Assembly: GCA_030704615.1 (NCBI GenBank)
Contig: CM060732.1
Coordinates: 992,001-1,056,000, forward strand
Direction: 5' to 3'
Length of the DNA: 64,000 bases
DNA from: Takakia lepidozioides
Taxonomy: Eukaryota; Plantae; Bryophyta
Shown: positions 36,470 through 50,052 of the stretch, piece by piece
Position numbering within the stretch: position 1 is the stretch's first letter
Layout: each line of letters begins with the position of its first letter
Program-made: the position numbers and the translations under genes
The notes under the pieces: generated by a model
Database searches by the model: none
What the model was told of the DNA's origin: nothing
The model's input: only the letters and a program-made list of their open reading frames with translations

Positions 36470-36945
36470 GAAGCCCAATTTCGGCGCCGTTAATGGAGTG
36501 CGGAAGCTTCAGCCGAGAATTTTGTTTCCGCAGGTCAATTTCGGCGCCGTTATTGGTTGCAATCCCCAGCCTTCAGCCGGGTATTTGGTTTCCGGACCCA
36601 ATTTTGGCGCCGTTATCGGCTGCACTCCAGGGGCTTCAACCGAGTATTTGGTTTCCGGGGCCCATTTCGGCGCCGTTATCGCCTGTACTCTGGAGGATGC
36701 AGCCGGGTATTTGGTTGGCGGAGCCCAATTACTTTCACCGTTGTTGGCTTCACTCCCGAGCCTTCAGCCGGCTATTTCTTTTCCTGTGCCCAATTACGGC
36801 GCCGTTATACCCAATCATCCTGCACTTCTGCAATAGTACTATCCACGGTTATAGGCCGCCATTGCGTTTTTGGAGTCTACAAACCCGGATCCTAATTCCG
36901 CTTGCGTCTCTGCCTCTGGGATAATTTCGGTGCCGTTATTGCCCA
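36470..36945. repeat. ~63-bp tandem minisatellite containing AATTTCGGCGCCGTTAT
   Basis: About 7-8 units, core centres ~36486, 36546, 36609, 36672, 36737, 36801, 36932. Confidence 0.85.
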
Positions 36946-37185
36946 GAATTCAGTTTTTCTATGACCTGGCCTGGCGGTCCATGAGCCTGGGCTCCAAGTC
37001 ATGAGCGTACACTGGTACTCGTGAGCGGAGTGCTTCCAGCATGAGAGCGGAAATCTTCGATTTTCGATTATTTTATAGTTTTTGGCCCGAAAAAAATCTG
37101 CCGAAATTCGAAGTGTGTTACTTTGCGGCTCATGGGTGAGCCATGCCCGCTCATGAGCTCATGAGCTCATGGAATAGCAAACCCC

Positions 37186-40100
37186 AGCCTCGGCCATTTG
37201 AAGTGCCATTGCTTCGGAATACACAGGAAGCACAAAAGTGGAAAGGGGGCTGTCGAAAATAGTCTCGCCACAAATGGGGGTCTCTCCTGAAGATCCATCG
37301 CTGCCTTTCCTGCAAGTCACAACAAGAAAAAAATTATTACTGCAAATTTGATGTCTGCGATTGAAAATGGCACCCAAAGTGGAATGACAATTCCATGGCA
37401 AACTTACTCACATGAAAAGTCGTTGTCGACCTGCTTATCCTCGGGATCCTCATCATTTTGGATTTGAATCGTTTCAGTCTGTGTGCCTGATGTAGAGCCA
37501 GACAAAAGGGGGAGGAGCACAGTCTTGTATAGGTTAGAGTCACCCTCCATGCCAAAAAAGGTTCTTCTGAAGGGTGAAAACGAACCTGTGGATACTGAGA
37601 GGTTGACCACCCGTGCAGAATGGTGGCTGTATGACTCCAGCAGTGTCTGCATGAACGCGGGGGTTTTCTCCTTTGCACCTCTCCAGGGAGTGCCATCTGG
37701 TCTTTTGAGAGTCTGACTGGGCTGCATGAAGTTGTACAAAATGTCACCGACATGCGGCTCATACGGGGGATTGATGAAATACCCCTGGTCAGAAATCTCG
37801 AAGCTGCGGACGGAGCGATGATGGTGTCTTTGAGGTGCGAATCCTCCGCAGGCAGATCGCCTCGAACATCCTCGTCTGCCAAAGACTGAAGGTTAGGGTG
37901 CCAAACACAAACAAAAGTGGAAGTTTGTAGATTGGCACTTCAAAACATAGGCATGCAACAAACTGATCTGTCACGTATTTGGGATGATCGGTGCCGATCA
38001 TCACAGATTCTTCTAGAGTTACGCTGTAGAGAACACTGAAACGCAGCATTAAAGCACAACCAGGAGGGAGGCGTCATACCAGCTGACCAGGACAACCCCC
38101 TTGCACAAGGTAGAGGATGTTCACACAATTCCATGTGCGCAGAACTTCAAACCCAAAGGACTTCAGGTATGATGCCAACTCTCGACGACTATCCTTGTCA
38201 CATGACTGAAAGAGCAAAAGTGTCCCTGCATCAGAAAGGAAATTATTGCAGAACCCAAACACCCAACTCCAGTAGTTGTCATCGAATTTGTTCCAGCTTG
38301 GCGTCTTGCCCTTTGGAAGAACTTTTGGCACAGCCTGGCCGTCCGGGATGTCAAGAATGACCATGTCAACAGCAAATGTTTTCTGCACACGGCACATGAA
38401 GGAGGGACCAGTGCTCACCTGCGACAGACATGTTCAATTTGAGAATGAAGATAAGAATGTTTGCAAAGAAACAAAGATCAATACTGCCAATGTCACTTAC
38501 AAGTGCAAAAGAAAGAAAGTGAAATTCCCACCAGATTAAGGAAATAGATCATGTTATCCCAAGTAGGCGAAGGCACCCTAGTGTATCCTTTCTTCCGACT
38601 CTCCATCATCGCCAGTCATCCTTCATTGACAATCTTAATCTCCCCTGCCAAATCAGCACGGGAAGGGTGTGGCCTGGCATCGAACATGCACTGAATTGTG
38701 CGGGTATACCTTCCGGCGGTGAAGTCCTTCTCACTCTCCTTCCCCTTCTCCTTTTCATTTTCTTCCTCCTTCCCCTTCTCCTTTTCCTTCTCTTTCTCCT
38801 TCTCCTTCGACTTGTCTTTGTCCTTTGTCTTTGCTGATGACTTGGCTATGCCATCAGGGGCCTTGTCTTTGGGTGTGCGCCCCCCCTTCTTGCCCTTCTG
38901 GGTTGTTTCCTGCGCGTCAGGCTCCTTGGTAGCCAATGTTGCTATGTTTCTTTGGTACTCCTCGTTGTTCAGAGTGCCATCATCTCAGCATGATTGTTCA
39001 AATATTTCATTTGCTGCTCTTGAAAAGTTGTGTGCTCAGGAGGGCAGTCCAGGTACCAACCACAGTCCCTGAAGTGTGTAGGACTCCAGTCCTTCAATAT
39101 CCCTGCAGTATACATGGTTGGATCGTTTCCAGGGTCCGACCACATGTCAAGATAATCTGGGATACCGTTGAGGTGATTTCCATCCATTAGCACATATTTT
39201 GTGTACCTGCGAACCATGAGACAAATTGGAAATCAATCTCCCTAATCCATGTGAATGAAATCTCTATCTGTAGAAGCTCACAGCCATGGAAGTGATTGTC
39301 GGCACCGACATTCACTTCCTATTAGTGAAGAGCACTGCTAACAAAGCCTAAGGATTTCTCACAAGAGGCAACACAGTTTCCAGTTGGACATTGCACCTGT
39401 ACACAACTCCCCCCCAACCTGATTGTCAAAGTCGTTGGACCGCAAAATGTTACCATCCTTCGGGGAAACAATGGAAATATTCAAGTCCTTCAAATTCTGC
39501 TCGAGCACAAGGATGGCGCGCTTCTCCAGCTGCAAAGGGTACAACTGTCAGTTTTGCAAATAAGGAAGTCATTACATTCATGAAGTCACTAAAGATGGAC
39601 CTTCAATGAATACACACCTAACTCCAAAATGGGGCATTGTGAAGCCAGTTGTCAAACACAATGTCACTGATTCCCTCCACCTTTGTGCCAGGCTGTATTG
39701 TGCTCTTAGGAAACTGATTCAAGTCCTTCACTGTCTGATCTGAGTTCCAAATTTCCAGCCATCTAATTTTGGTTTGGGGGTCAACCATGGAGATGGCCAG
39801 CCGGTGCAATTTCTCCTGCTGCATCTCCGGGTGCACATGTTTATCATAGTGAGATTTGATCTGCAGAAGGAACTCCTCCCCAAGGTCGGGATCTACTATT
39901 CTAAGCTGCTTCGAGAAGGCGTACATCAGTTTAGTTCTCCGGATTTCATACTCCTTCTTTATTGCTGCCTCCACACCCTTTGATGTCCGAAGTTCCTCTG
40001 TTGTAGTGCGGTAGTATTCGGATTTCCCCTTCTGAGTTGCCTCTGCAAGTTCTTGCTGCATAGATCAAAGTAGGGATAAGTAAAAACGAATTACAAACAT

Positions 40101-42241
40101 ATATTCAAAAAGACAAGTGAGTACAGGCTCGGCCTTACCGCATACATGTACTCCAGAAACGCCTCTCGAGTCAAAGAATACCAAGTGCCTGCAGCTCTTC
40201 CTGTTTCGCATTTCTTGATTATATCGGGGTGGAGTACTGGGCGAAAATCATCCAGCTTCATCAGACCAATTCTCTGAATTCGGAAAAGTGTGTGGACCAA
40301 GTTAGTTGTCACATTTGATTTCTCTGTCGATCTGCAAAAAGATTGAAAACAATGCATTGGTAAACATCGTTTTTTGGTGGGATGAACAAGACATTGAAGA
40401 GGCAATGGAGTCTCTTGGATGACTTACTTGTTCACGTCGTGCATAGCTGTAAGAAGCCTCGCGATGTCGTTTCCAAGATCCAGAACCATTGCCTCTACAA
40501 CAACATGCTTGTCTTTGTCTTTTGAATGATGATTATGAATGTATCCCATCCATGCCAGCAAACGGTGGTTGCCGTCCCAGACATAGAACATGTGGTTGCA
40601 GAATTGCTGGGTGTTATTTCCCATCATGAGGCCCAGCTCGAACTCCTCATTAACATCTTTCCAGCACTCATCCCAGGTATCGGTGATCTCAGGAGACACT
40701 AATGTGCTTTTCCCATTTGTATCTGTCAGTGACACATAAAAAACTTGTGCACCAAGTCTGTATCCATGCACGAAATCAGTTTCCAGTTTTGTAATGTCAT
40801 GAGAAAGTGGAGGACGCACAACAGGCATAGATAAAGCTGATACAGGCGAATGCAAACCAAAACACTATGACTGCATAGTGATGGTCGGTACCGACCATCA
40901 CTCTCTCTTTCTACGCATGCAGGTACAAGAAGGTGTCACGGAGCAGCGAATGGCGTTAACGACAATCAGAAAATACTACACTAGAAAGACTGACAAGATG
41001 GGTTTGGTGCAAAATCAATATTTCTCATACTGATTGGCGCCACCGACACTCACTTTAGTTTGTATCAGAAAGTGAGTGGAATGCAGATTGTCTGAAATGC
41101 AAGAACTCTAAGTTTTGAAAGGAATATTTATATTTTTTTTACGCGCTTCGATTGGCGTTACCGACAATCACTTCTATCTGCTGCAGAAAACAAGAAACAG
41201 AGTGCTGGAAAGAAAATCAGTATGACTCTATGGTGATGGTCGTTACAGACAATCACTATTTCTTGTCTCTTTGGAATGTACATTACAACTGTTTTTAGAC
41301 ACGAAGCTACAGTATGGTCTCAAGAAATGTGATTGGTGGTACCGCCATTCCTCAACCCTTGTCTGGAAAACCTGAAACAAAAAATGCAAAGCAAATGAAT
41401 ATGACTGAATAGTGATGGTCGGTACTGACCATCACTCTCTTTCTACGCATGCAGGTACAAGAAGGTCTAAAGGAGCAGCGAATGGCGTTAACGACAATCA
41501 CAATACACTACACTACAAAAACTGATAAGGTTGGGTTTTGTGCAAATCAATACTGGATCATAGTGATTGTCGGCACCGACACTCACTTTCTTTTGTATCG
41601 GAAAGTGAGTGGAATGCAGGGTGTCTGAAATGCAAGAAATCTAAGTTTTGAAAGGAAAGCAATTGGCGTTACCGACAATCACTTCTACCTGTTGCAGAAA
41701 ACAAGAAATAGAGTGTTGGAAAGGAAATCAGTATAACTCTATGGTCTCAAGAACAGTGATTGGCGGTACCGCCAATCACAAACAACTAGTATGGAAAACC
41801 TGAAATAGAGGAATGCAAAGCAAATCAATATGACTTCATAGTGATGGTCGGTACCGACCATCACTTTCTAGGAGATTTCACTCACCTACTTTGTAAATCT
41901 GTAAACAAGAAAAAGAAGGGTGGAGAAAACTTACTGTCGCCTTCTTCGGTTTTGAGTTTGGATCCCCTTCAGCAGCTTTCCTCTTCCCTTTCACGTCTGT
42001 GGGCATTCCTGTCTGGTCTAGGGTTTGTAGACCGTCTCTCGGTTCTCCCAGGACTTCCACCTCCTTCAGTTTCCTTGCGAATCATCTCTGCTTCCACAAT
42101 CTGGTTTCCAACGCTCACTGTTCCCTCTGGTTGTATGACAGCTGCAGCCTCACAAACATTCTCGGTTTGCTCTTGTGTTGCATTCTCCGTGTTCATCTGC
42201 TGCCGTGGCCCTGTATTCTCTATCAAACGACGCCTCATCAT
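37186..42241 (-). pseudogene. A2 cargo: ParB-like + MTase-like gene with deletions
   Basis: FYVWDGNHRLLAW (40424-40855); VDMVILDIPDG; WRGAKEKTPAFMQTLLE; RVVNLSVSTG. Lacks the segments matching A1 ~22350-22560 and the ATYHAC exon start. Confidence 0.82.
40875..41870. repeat. Intronic array of ~12 palindromes, consensus GTGATGGTCGGTACCGACCATCAC, partly built by a ~530-bp duplication
   Basis: Perfect 24-bp palindromes at ~40878 and 41841. The block ~40865-41395 recurs at ~41400-41840. Confidence 0.85.
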
Positions 42242-43248
42242 TTGCTCTCTTGCTCTGAGTCTCTCTCTAAGGGAAATAAAATAAAGTGACTTCTTTCTCT
42301 TTTGTATCGTAGAAGGAACCCTCTCCAGCTTGACTACCTCTCTCCCTCTAAGTGCGGAAACAAGAAAGACAAAGTGACTCTCGATTTCTTGCGCAGTTGC
42401 GTGCGTTAGGGATTGTCTCTGGAAGCATCGGATTCCTTCTCGCGTGACCGTTACGCAAATGTCATTCCCTCATTAGTGCATGTCTGCCAGCCCTTACTGG
42501 ACAGCTGTTCGTCTGCAATGTAGTTTTCGAACCTTGACGTGTGTCACCCAAAATGAACCGCGTGTCGTTTTTTTGAAGGGTTTCATTAATTGAATATAAC
42601 AGCGTCAGTACATTACAAATCAAAAATTAGTTGGTCTGATTGCTCCTAGAGAATTATTTGGAATATACCTATGTTGAAACAATGGGGCCATCTGGCGCAC
42701 AAACTCATACAATGGCTATGCCATCAGAACCATGGCACCATGGCACAAAAAATATGGGGCCATCTGGTGCACAAACTCAGACCAATGTATGTAAGTGAAC
42801 GAGTGATTGTTGACAAATTTCTGGATATCATCCACACTCATCATTGTAAGCCTCCCCCACTTTCGTTTCAAAGTGTGGACTTTCCAAGTGCACATGATCA
42901 ATCATACTGTTATTAAGATGCATTTACTTCACTTGCTATCCCACCCTCAGATCCTTTGGCACGCTTCTGAGAAGTCGGCGGGTTTTTGTTGTTAATTAAG
43001 GATGATCTCAATAAAGGTTTAACACCTGTCGAAATTGCTCGTAAGTAAACTCCGTCTACAGGGCCCACAAAAAAAAATTATATGGGGCGGCGGCTGGTCA
43101 GGAAGAGCTTGCCAGAGGCAAGGAATAACAGAATGTGCACAATCATTGTGTGTACTTCTTCCGTGATTTCCTCTGCGCATGCTTCTGAGTCAACAGATTT
43201 CACTAAAGATCCGCGAAAGGAAGGGATCATCCTACGAGAGGAGGCAAG

Positions 43249-46200
43249 ATGGCTTCCTTTGAAGCGGAGTTCTTCTCTGACAAGAAACCAGTGCCATTCT
43301 CCAAAGAAGCCCTTGCCGATGGGTTCGCAGTTGTTCTCGAACATGCCTTGGCGACCCGGTTTGAACTACAAAATGGGACAATTTTCTTGGAGAGAGAAGT
43401 TTACGGTTCTGACGGGAAGTTGTTGAAATACTCCTTCCAAAACCGTGATGAGACAGCTCTTGTCAGACAGTGGAGAGTCCGGCCTAGGAGATACAGGGGT
43501 CCTTGGGGAGCCTTGACGAAAGTCCCTTGGATCATATGTTACTCCAGGGACAGCTGCTTCTGTGGTTCAAGACAAAAGGGACTTTGTAGTGAAAAAAGAG
43601 GAAACAACCTCCACTCCCATCGTTGAGCTTTCGGATTCATCAGATGAAGCCATCACTGAAATCACTACTGACGTGCATCCTCCTGTAGTTGTGCAAGATG
43701 ATGTTCAGGAGATCTCTAGTGTCATTCCAAAACTACGGGCAATGGGGGGGATGCCCGGTTTCAAAAGTGAGTTGTGGGGAATTCGTTGGGACATTTTCAA
43801 TATTGTGCCTGTGAAATATCTTCCAGAGACGTTTGATGGGGATATCCTTTTCGAGCTCCCTCCTCCATCTCATATTGGAGGTATTTCAAGCCTGATGCAT
43901 GGTATGGACAAGAGACACAATGGACACCCATGGTGTAGGATGAAAACGTCGAATATTCAAAATCATGACAAACTCATCTTCAGGAGAATAGTTTGCAATG
44001 GGCATCTCAGGTGCGAAAATTTCAATTGCAGGCACTTTCTTCAATCGGGGGTTCACAACCAAAGCAAGTGGGAGGGTATCGCTGAAAATCCATTTAAGCC
44101 GGGGGCGGCTTCTTCACAGACGGACACTTTTGTTTGAAAATTTTGCAAGCTTGTCCCATCCTGCTTGGCGGTGTGTGGTGCAAGAATGTACTACGTGGTG
44201 CACCGTTTGAAAACTATGACTCGAGCTTGTGTGCATTTCGGTTTTCATAACCATCCAGTCTCAAAGGGAGATTACAGGGAAAGTCTTGAGACAATGTCGA
44301 GGTTGATTAAACAGGAGTACGAGAGCAACCCATCCGCAACCACATCTGCAATTGCTCTTGCCGCAAGCAAGAGCTTCTTGGACAGCAGTGGATTTTGTGG
44401 GAAGTAAACTTGATGGACCAGCATTGGACATTGTCATGGATCATTTCTCCACATTGAGTTCACCCAACATTCGCCATCAGGTGAATGCATTGAGAACGCG
44501 CTCTAGAAATAGAGGCTACATTGACAATATTCTGGAATTGAAATGAATGAGCAAGTACGACTACATACAGGACAATGTGTTTCCAGGGCAAGGAGCGACA
44601 AAAGTATATCTTTTCAAAATATCCACAACTGGGGAGGGCAGCGGGGTGAGCCTCGTCAGGCGGATGCAGACGAGTGGCGACCTCGAGAAATGTTTTCTTA
44701 TGTTTGATCACGTCAAACGGGTGAAAGATTGGACGACTATGGCTTGTCATGTGTACGATCCTGTATACCAGCCAGTTATGACAATTGCAGTTTGTGACAT
44801 GCAATCGAAGGATTCGGAATCCCAGCAGCTAATGTGGAAATCCCTGATTCATGTTATGGGGTGCCATGGCGTCCCTGCTTCGAATTTTGCTGGTTTCATG
44901 GCAGATAGTGCATAGACAAATTTCAATGTTGTGCGGATTATCTTCGGATCGGGAGACCCAAAGGTGCCAATGGAGGGAAGAGAGCGTGCATGTCTGTTCC
45001 ATTGGACCCAACCTCTGGAGAAACATACAAAAGCGGATATCAAACCTGAGATGCAGACACAACATCGTAAGTTGTGCAAAGAGTACAAAGATGCGAAATC
45101 AATGGCGGAGGCGAATACATTGTTCCAGACAATTCGTGCCTGGTGGTTCTCTTCAGGTGCAACATCACTTGAGAGTATGAGAGCGTTGGAAAATTGGTTG
45201 GCGTTTTGGCACTTCCGATATAGACAGTGGGGAGCATCCATGACAACGGTACGTATGCAGAGGGACACGAGACATGGAGAAGTTATCACGGTCTGCCCTG
45301 TGCGAATCGGAATCCGAACCAGGAGGGGTGTTCAATTTCCTCTTGCAGGAGCCGTATCTCTCCTCCCCTTCCAGATGTGGAACTCTAGACACAAGAGGTG
45401 TTCCCTTAGAACAAATGTCCAACGCCCGTGCTAAGAGCTTGGATCCCTTGATCTGCTTGCAACACGCAACATCAACTCTTGTTTGTCCGGACCCTTCCCA
45501 CCAACGCCTCCTTTCAAGAAGTCACGATATCTGGTTTGTTGATGGAGTGCATGTATGAGATCATCTGTTGTTGCCACATACAAATCCCGACCCCATTTCC
45601 CGGACTGTTGCAACCATGCGTTGTGCACTGTCTCTGCCAAATTGCAAGATGGCATGTCTGCCATTTCCTCAATGGATATGTTCTGCAAAGTGGAAAACAC
45701 ACATCCCCTCTTGAGGAACCTGCGACAGGACGACATGCTCCAATATATAACAACCCCATTGCAATGGTGCAAGAGATAAATTTGCTCCCTGATATTGTGG
45801 AGTCCATGTGCCCCGACCACATTTGGCACATAGAGCGCACAACTGCAGGGTCTCGTGTCAAATGTACGGCGATCAGGGCAACCAATTCTAAGAAATGCAC
45901 TTCTTCCATATCCAGAGGTGGTGCCCGCACTCCAGCTCCAACTTTCACTGGTTTGATGCGCCCGTATGGGCAGCCAGAAGCCAAGAACCACAAGTTCTGG
46001 TTCTGTGCAGACGATTATGGGAGATGTGTGCATGGAACTGTGCGACCTTCCGTGGTGATGAAGCCAAGTCCACTAGCTGTTTGGCCCGTGAAGTTGGGAA
46101 CAAATCTCACAAATCAAGAGATTGCAATGCTGGAAGAGCAGGGGTTTTCCCTTGCAAGATAACCCCGTGTGCATGCATCTGCTTCCAGTTCTAGGAGTAC

Positions 46201-46641
46201 AAGGGTCCCTCCGCTAGATGCTCATTTGTGGCCAACAAAACGAAATGGAAAGCTTGTTCGGCGTTTCCCTCCAACTGCAGAACACTTCGGCAAGGTGGAG
46301 TCCGCTGGAATGCTTCAAGCTTGTGTTTCCAGCACGACGGAAGTGCTCGATCCTGGATATGGTTGGGTGTACACAATGATCACCTCGACATCTGCTGTTC
46401 ACGATAGGGCGTATGACATCACTGTTTCCAATTTCCCCAATTGCACCTGTCCTGATTTTGTTGGGATGCTATCAACCAGTTTGGGCAAGAGAGGTAAATT
46501 CGTGCCCTGCAAATATTTGTACTTCATCTTTGTGAAGAGGATGGTTTATGATCCCAAACGTGATAATTTCATCCACTAGGCGACAATGAGTTTCAACGAG
46601 ATCAATACTCTCTTGCACGGGGATACAAGCACATAGGTAGA
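43249..46641 (+). pseudogene. A2 MULE transposase with stops and an internal inversion
   Basis: Same motifs as A1. The exon carrying CNLAETVH is inverted (~45253-45704). Confidence 0.88.
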
Positions 46642-48584
46642 TGACTTGCTGTTTCTGGAATGTGGTGAATGTTCAATCCGGTATTGCAAATCTGAATTCA
46701 GGTTGGTTTCGACTGTGAGTATGCAAAGGGTACAACCATGATGTGTAACGTGTAGTTGGAACATTGACACTATAAAACATTTCAATTCAATAGCAGCATT
46801 CGTGAGGTTGTTGAATGCTATGGCAAGCCTGCTCCCTCCATTATGCTTCCAATTGTATAATATGTGTGCTCTCTTTGGCAATTTTATGGAGCTCATGCAT
46901 CATTGGTCCTGTGGATGTCTGCATGTGCTTCTTCCAATGTTATCCGAATTGTCAATGTTATTTGGGGAGGGTCGAGGTGTTCCTATGTCGTCATGTATGC
47001 CACTAAATTTGTGAGGTTAGTTTGTCGTCCTTGTAATTGTAATTGTCAAAATTACAATATTAATTTCACTTATTGTGGAATGGACGCCACAGTTGTGGGC
47101 TTATTTCCCGTTTCGGGTGTTTCATGGTGGTCTTATTCACCAAATTATTGCCCAAGTTAATCCCACGGTCATAGGACCCTCGGGAGTAGGCTCCTTATGT
47201 TTCCGCTGATGTGGCGCGACATCAGCACCCAACTCCACGTCAACTTGCTGACATCAGGCTCACGCCACGTAAGCAGGACTGTGGGCTCACACCACCTCAG
47301 CAGCCGTAAGCGTACGCTCACGCCACGTCACCAATGTGTGAGCGTACGCTCACGCGCAAGGCTCACGCCGTTGCGTCGTTGGCAATTGCCAATGCGTGGA
47401 AGAGAGAGTTATGGAGGTCCGTGGAGGTTTAAGTAGGGAATCCGACATCATAAGGTTCGGGTGAAATCTCCTAGAGTCCTCCCATCAGTTCGGCCCTTCA
47501 TTATCAGTTCGTTGCATCCCTCATTCTACTGTTAAGTTTCTTGTCCGGGTGACTCGCTCACTGCGTATCGGCATCACAGTAGGCAAACACTAAGTTGGCA
47601 CGATGGCCTTCAGTCCAACATATCTTCCCACGCTTCGCTTCCATGATGTAAACTTCCCTTGTCTCTCTTAATGTTGGATCGCAAAAGATCAAGACACATG
47701 CTTTGTACTTTTGCTGAATCTCTTTATATCAACAGGACGTCCGGATGGTCGCTATGCATCAACAGAATGCCTTCACTTACCATCATTCTTCACTAATCTA
47801 CTCACTAACTCCAAACGTAATGCCTTCTCCATGCTAAGTACTCTTCTCCTGTCGTATAACTCGGATCACTACTACATCTCCCCTCTCGTCTCTTCTTCTA
47901 CGAACTCTCTTCTAAAAACCCCTCTTCTCTTGCTTCTGTCCGAAAGCCTCTCTAAGACTCACCCTTACTACGTTTTGATTACCAGGCCTTGTACCCTTCT
48001 ACAATCGCTAGATTAGGCCTGCTTCTCGTAACTGATCTGTTTCTAATCGTCAACCATTAATGCACCCCATTAACAGTTGCATACTTAATTTAGGGTTCGT
48101 GTTAGACAGAGCTAGGTTAGGTCCCGAAGGCGCCGCCTAGCCCCGAGGGTGCTGCTAGTATGGATTATAATTTTTCTATGTTATAGGTGTTTTGCGTTTG
48201 TAATTTGTAACCAACAGTTAGTACTAACTCATTGACGTATTTACGAAAACAATAATCCAGGAATAAGCAATGCTAATGTATAGTTACCCTTGGTATAAGG
48301 GTTATGGTTATTTTAGAGAAGAGATATCTAGTGTAAATATTAGTTATTCAGTAAACAACAACAAATTAATTTCAATTAACCAACTTTAGTATTTCTTTTC
48401 TTTTTGAATAACTTTATGTATATGTTCAAAAGATAGAGATACTGATTTATTTAGTTCTTACTAGTGCCCATTAATGTAGGTGAGTCAAGAATAATTAATT
48501 AGATCATTTTGAGGGAAAGATCAGCCCAACAAACAATATTACTATAACCAAAAAAAAAAGAAGAGAGTCAAAACCAACTATAGG

Positions 48585-48660
48585 AAGTAGTGTGGCGGCT
48601 ATTGGGATTTGAAACCTCAACCTCGATTGTGCAAGCACAATCCCTAACCAATAAGTCCCT
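48585..48660 (-). other. Degenerate tRNA-like / SINE head
   Basis: Minus strand ...GGTTAGGG...GAGGTTTCAAATCCCAATAGCCGCCA with a B-box-like motif. No intact cloverleaf. Confidence 0.3.
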
Positions 48661-50052
48661 CAAGTTATATTCAAATACAACTTGTCTATCTAAGTAATTA
48701 TAGGGCTATTACAAAGTTGAACAAAACTATATAAGTTATAACCTGCAGAAGTTGTACCCCAAACCACGAGGATGTAAATTACTAGGCTAGCCATCAAACT
48801 AATGTAGAGATGTTGTTACAAAGTGGTTGCTTTTAGTTATTTAAACACAGTAGTCCAAGCTCACTCTTTAACATGGCCTGGCAGTTAGAATTTGCTATTT
48901 TCAAAAATTCATAAGTCCCTGTTACATTCTTCGATTCACTTTTTGTAAAGCATGAGCTGTAACCTAAGCTTTACTCCACAAGATTCTATCATTAGTTTGT
49001 GAATCAAGGTTCATACAAAGGTTTTTAACTCAAATCGTAGCTGCTCATAATAATAACAAAACTATTTGCAGTCAAGAATTGCCCTTGTTCAAAAATTCAT
49101 AATTCTGCACTCACCACTTGTTTTCCTTAAATTTGAATCATATTCCCATTAACATTCTTCCTTCTATGAGATTCAATCAACACCTCTTCTAGATCATCCA
49201 AACACTAATTAAGGTCTCAGCTTGAAGTTAGTAATTTAAGCAATAAGATTGGATGTGCTGGGCCAACAAAGAAAACAACTAAGTCACATCCTAGTATGAT
49301 TTTTCAGTTGAAAAACGATAGGGCGGTATTCTGATGATTAGCCGCCTTCAACTTAAGTACCCCAGGCTCGTTACATGGAAAAGATAGAAGAGAACAGAGC
49401 ATGGAAGAAAGAAGCAAAAGAAAACAACCAACCAAAACGAGACAATTATACAATGATTTGACGGTAGCTTAGGAGTGCTAGATTTCCAAGGTCGTTTCCC
49501 CTAGCTCGGCGTAAATCTAGGACTGTCTAGGATACCTGAAATTCAGACTCAAGTCTGTCTCTATAGAACTCCAAGTAGGTATAGAGGGTAATCTTATACA
49601 AAATAATCAACTACTCGAGGTAGATTTTCTTCACACGGTGCTCACCCGAGCACTAGTCCCAAGTTGATGTCGCTGATGGTGCAGGTTTGATGAATTCTGC
49701 TCACGGACTGATCTGAATTGCTATGGTACGAACGATCTATCAGATTATAAGAGGGTATGTACACGAATACTCAAAGGAAATCTAGACAATAACAAGCTTC
49801 TCTACTTCAAGCATGCAAGTCTCGGTGTACCACACGACTCACGTCCCCTAACGGCACCTTGATCCCCACGGCTTGCGGCTGTAATATTTAATCAAAAACA
49901 GTTCACTATACACCGTTCCTCTTCACTACAACATCTAGCCTACACTAAAACGAAGAAAAAGAGCGAGGAGAAAGAGAGCGAAGAGGGAGAGAGCGAAGAG
50001 AAAGAGCGGGAGCGAGAGAAAATAAGAGCTCGATTGTCTGTTCTCTCTTTCG

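Larger units (their letters stand above)
15470..37185 (+). mobile_element. MULE-like element B (left end lost; interrupted by A1)
   Basis: Transposase 31553-35142 and divergent ParB cargo gene. Right terminus (revcomp GGGGTTTGCTATTCCATGAGC) carries the RTGAGC motif at nt 16-21, the same register as the A termini. The family palindrome ATTTCGGCGCCGAAAT occurs on both sides of the A1 insertion (e.g. ~15595, ~15660, ~16885, 29741-31360, 36478-36940). Confidence 0.8.
37186..47381 (+). mobile_element. MULE-like element A2 (older, rearranged relative of A1; left end missing)
   Basis: Collinear with A1 from ~17826 onward. Right end GCTCACGCCGTTGCGTCGTTG matches the A1 right end. Internal deletions and one inversion. 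Confidence 0.9.

Noticed and set aside
36935-36943. GTTATTGCC as left TSD of A2 (right flank GCAATTGCC at 47382-47390)
   Set aside because: Only 7/9 identity, it is part of B's tandem repeat, and no A-type terminus follows.
36960-37185. Independent small MITE with CATGAGC repeats
   Set aside because: No TSD or convincing left TIR. The right end has the family terminus register, so it is better read as the end of element B.
48110-48160. Helitron 3' end (GC-rich hairpin-like sequence then CTAGT)
   Set aside because: The hairpin is weak, and no 5' end or Rep/helicase was found.
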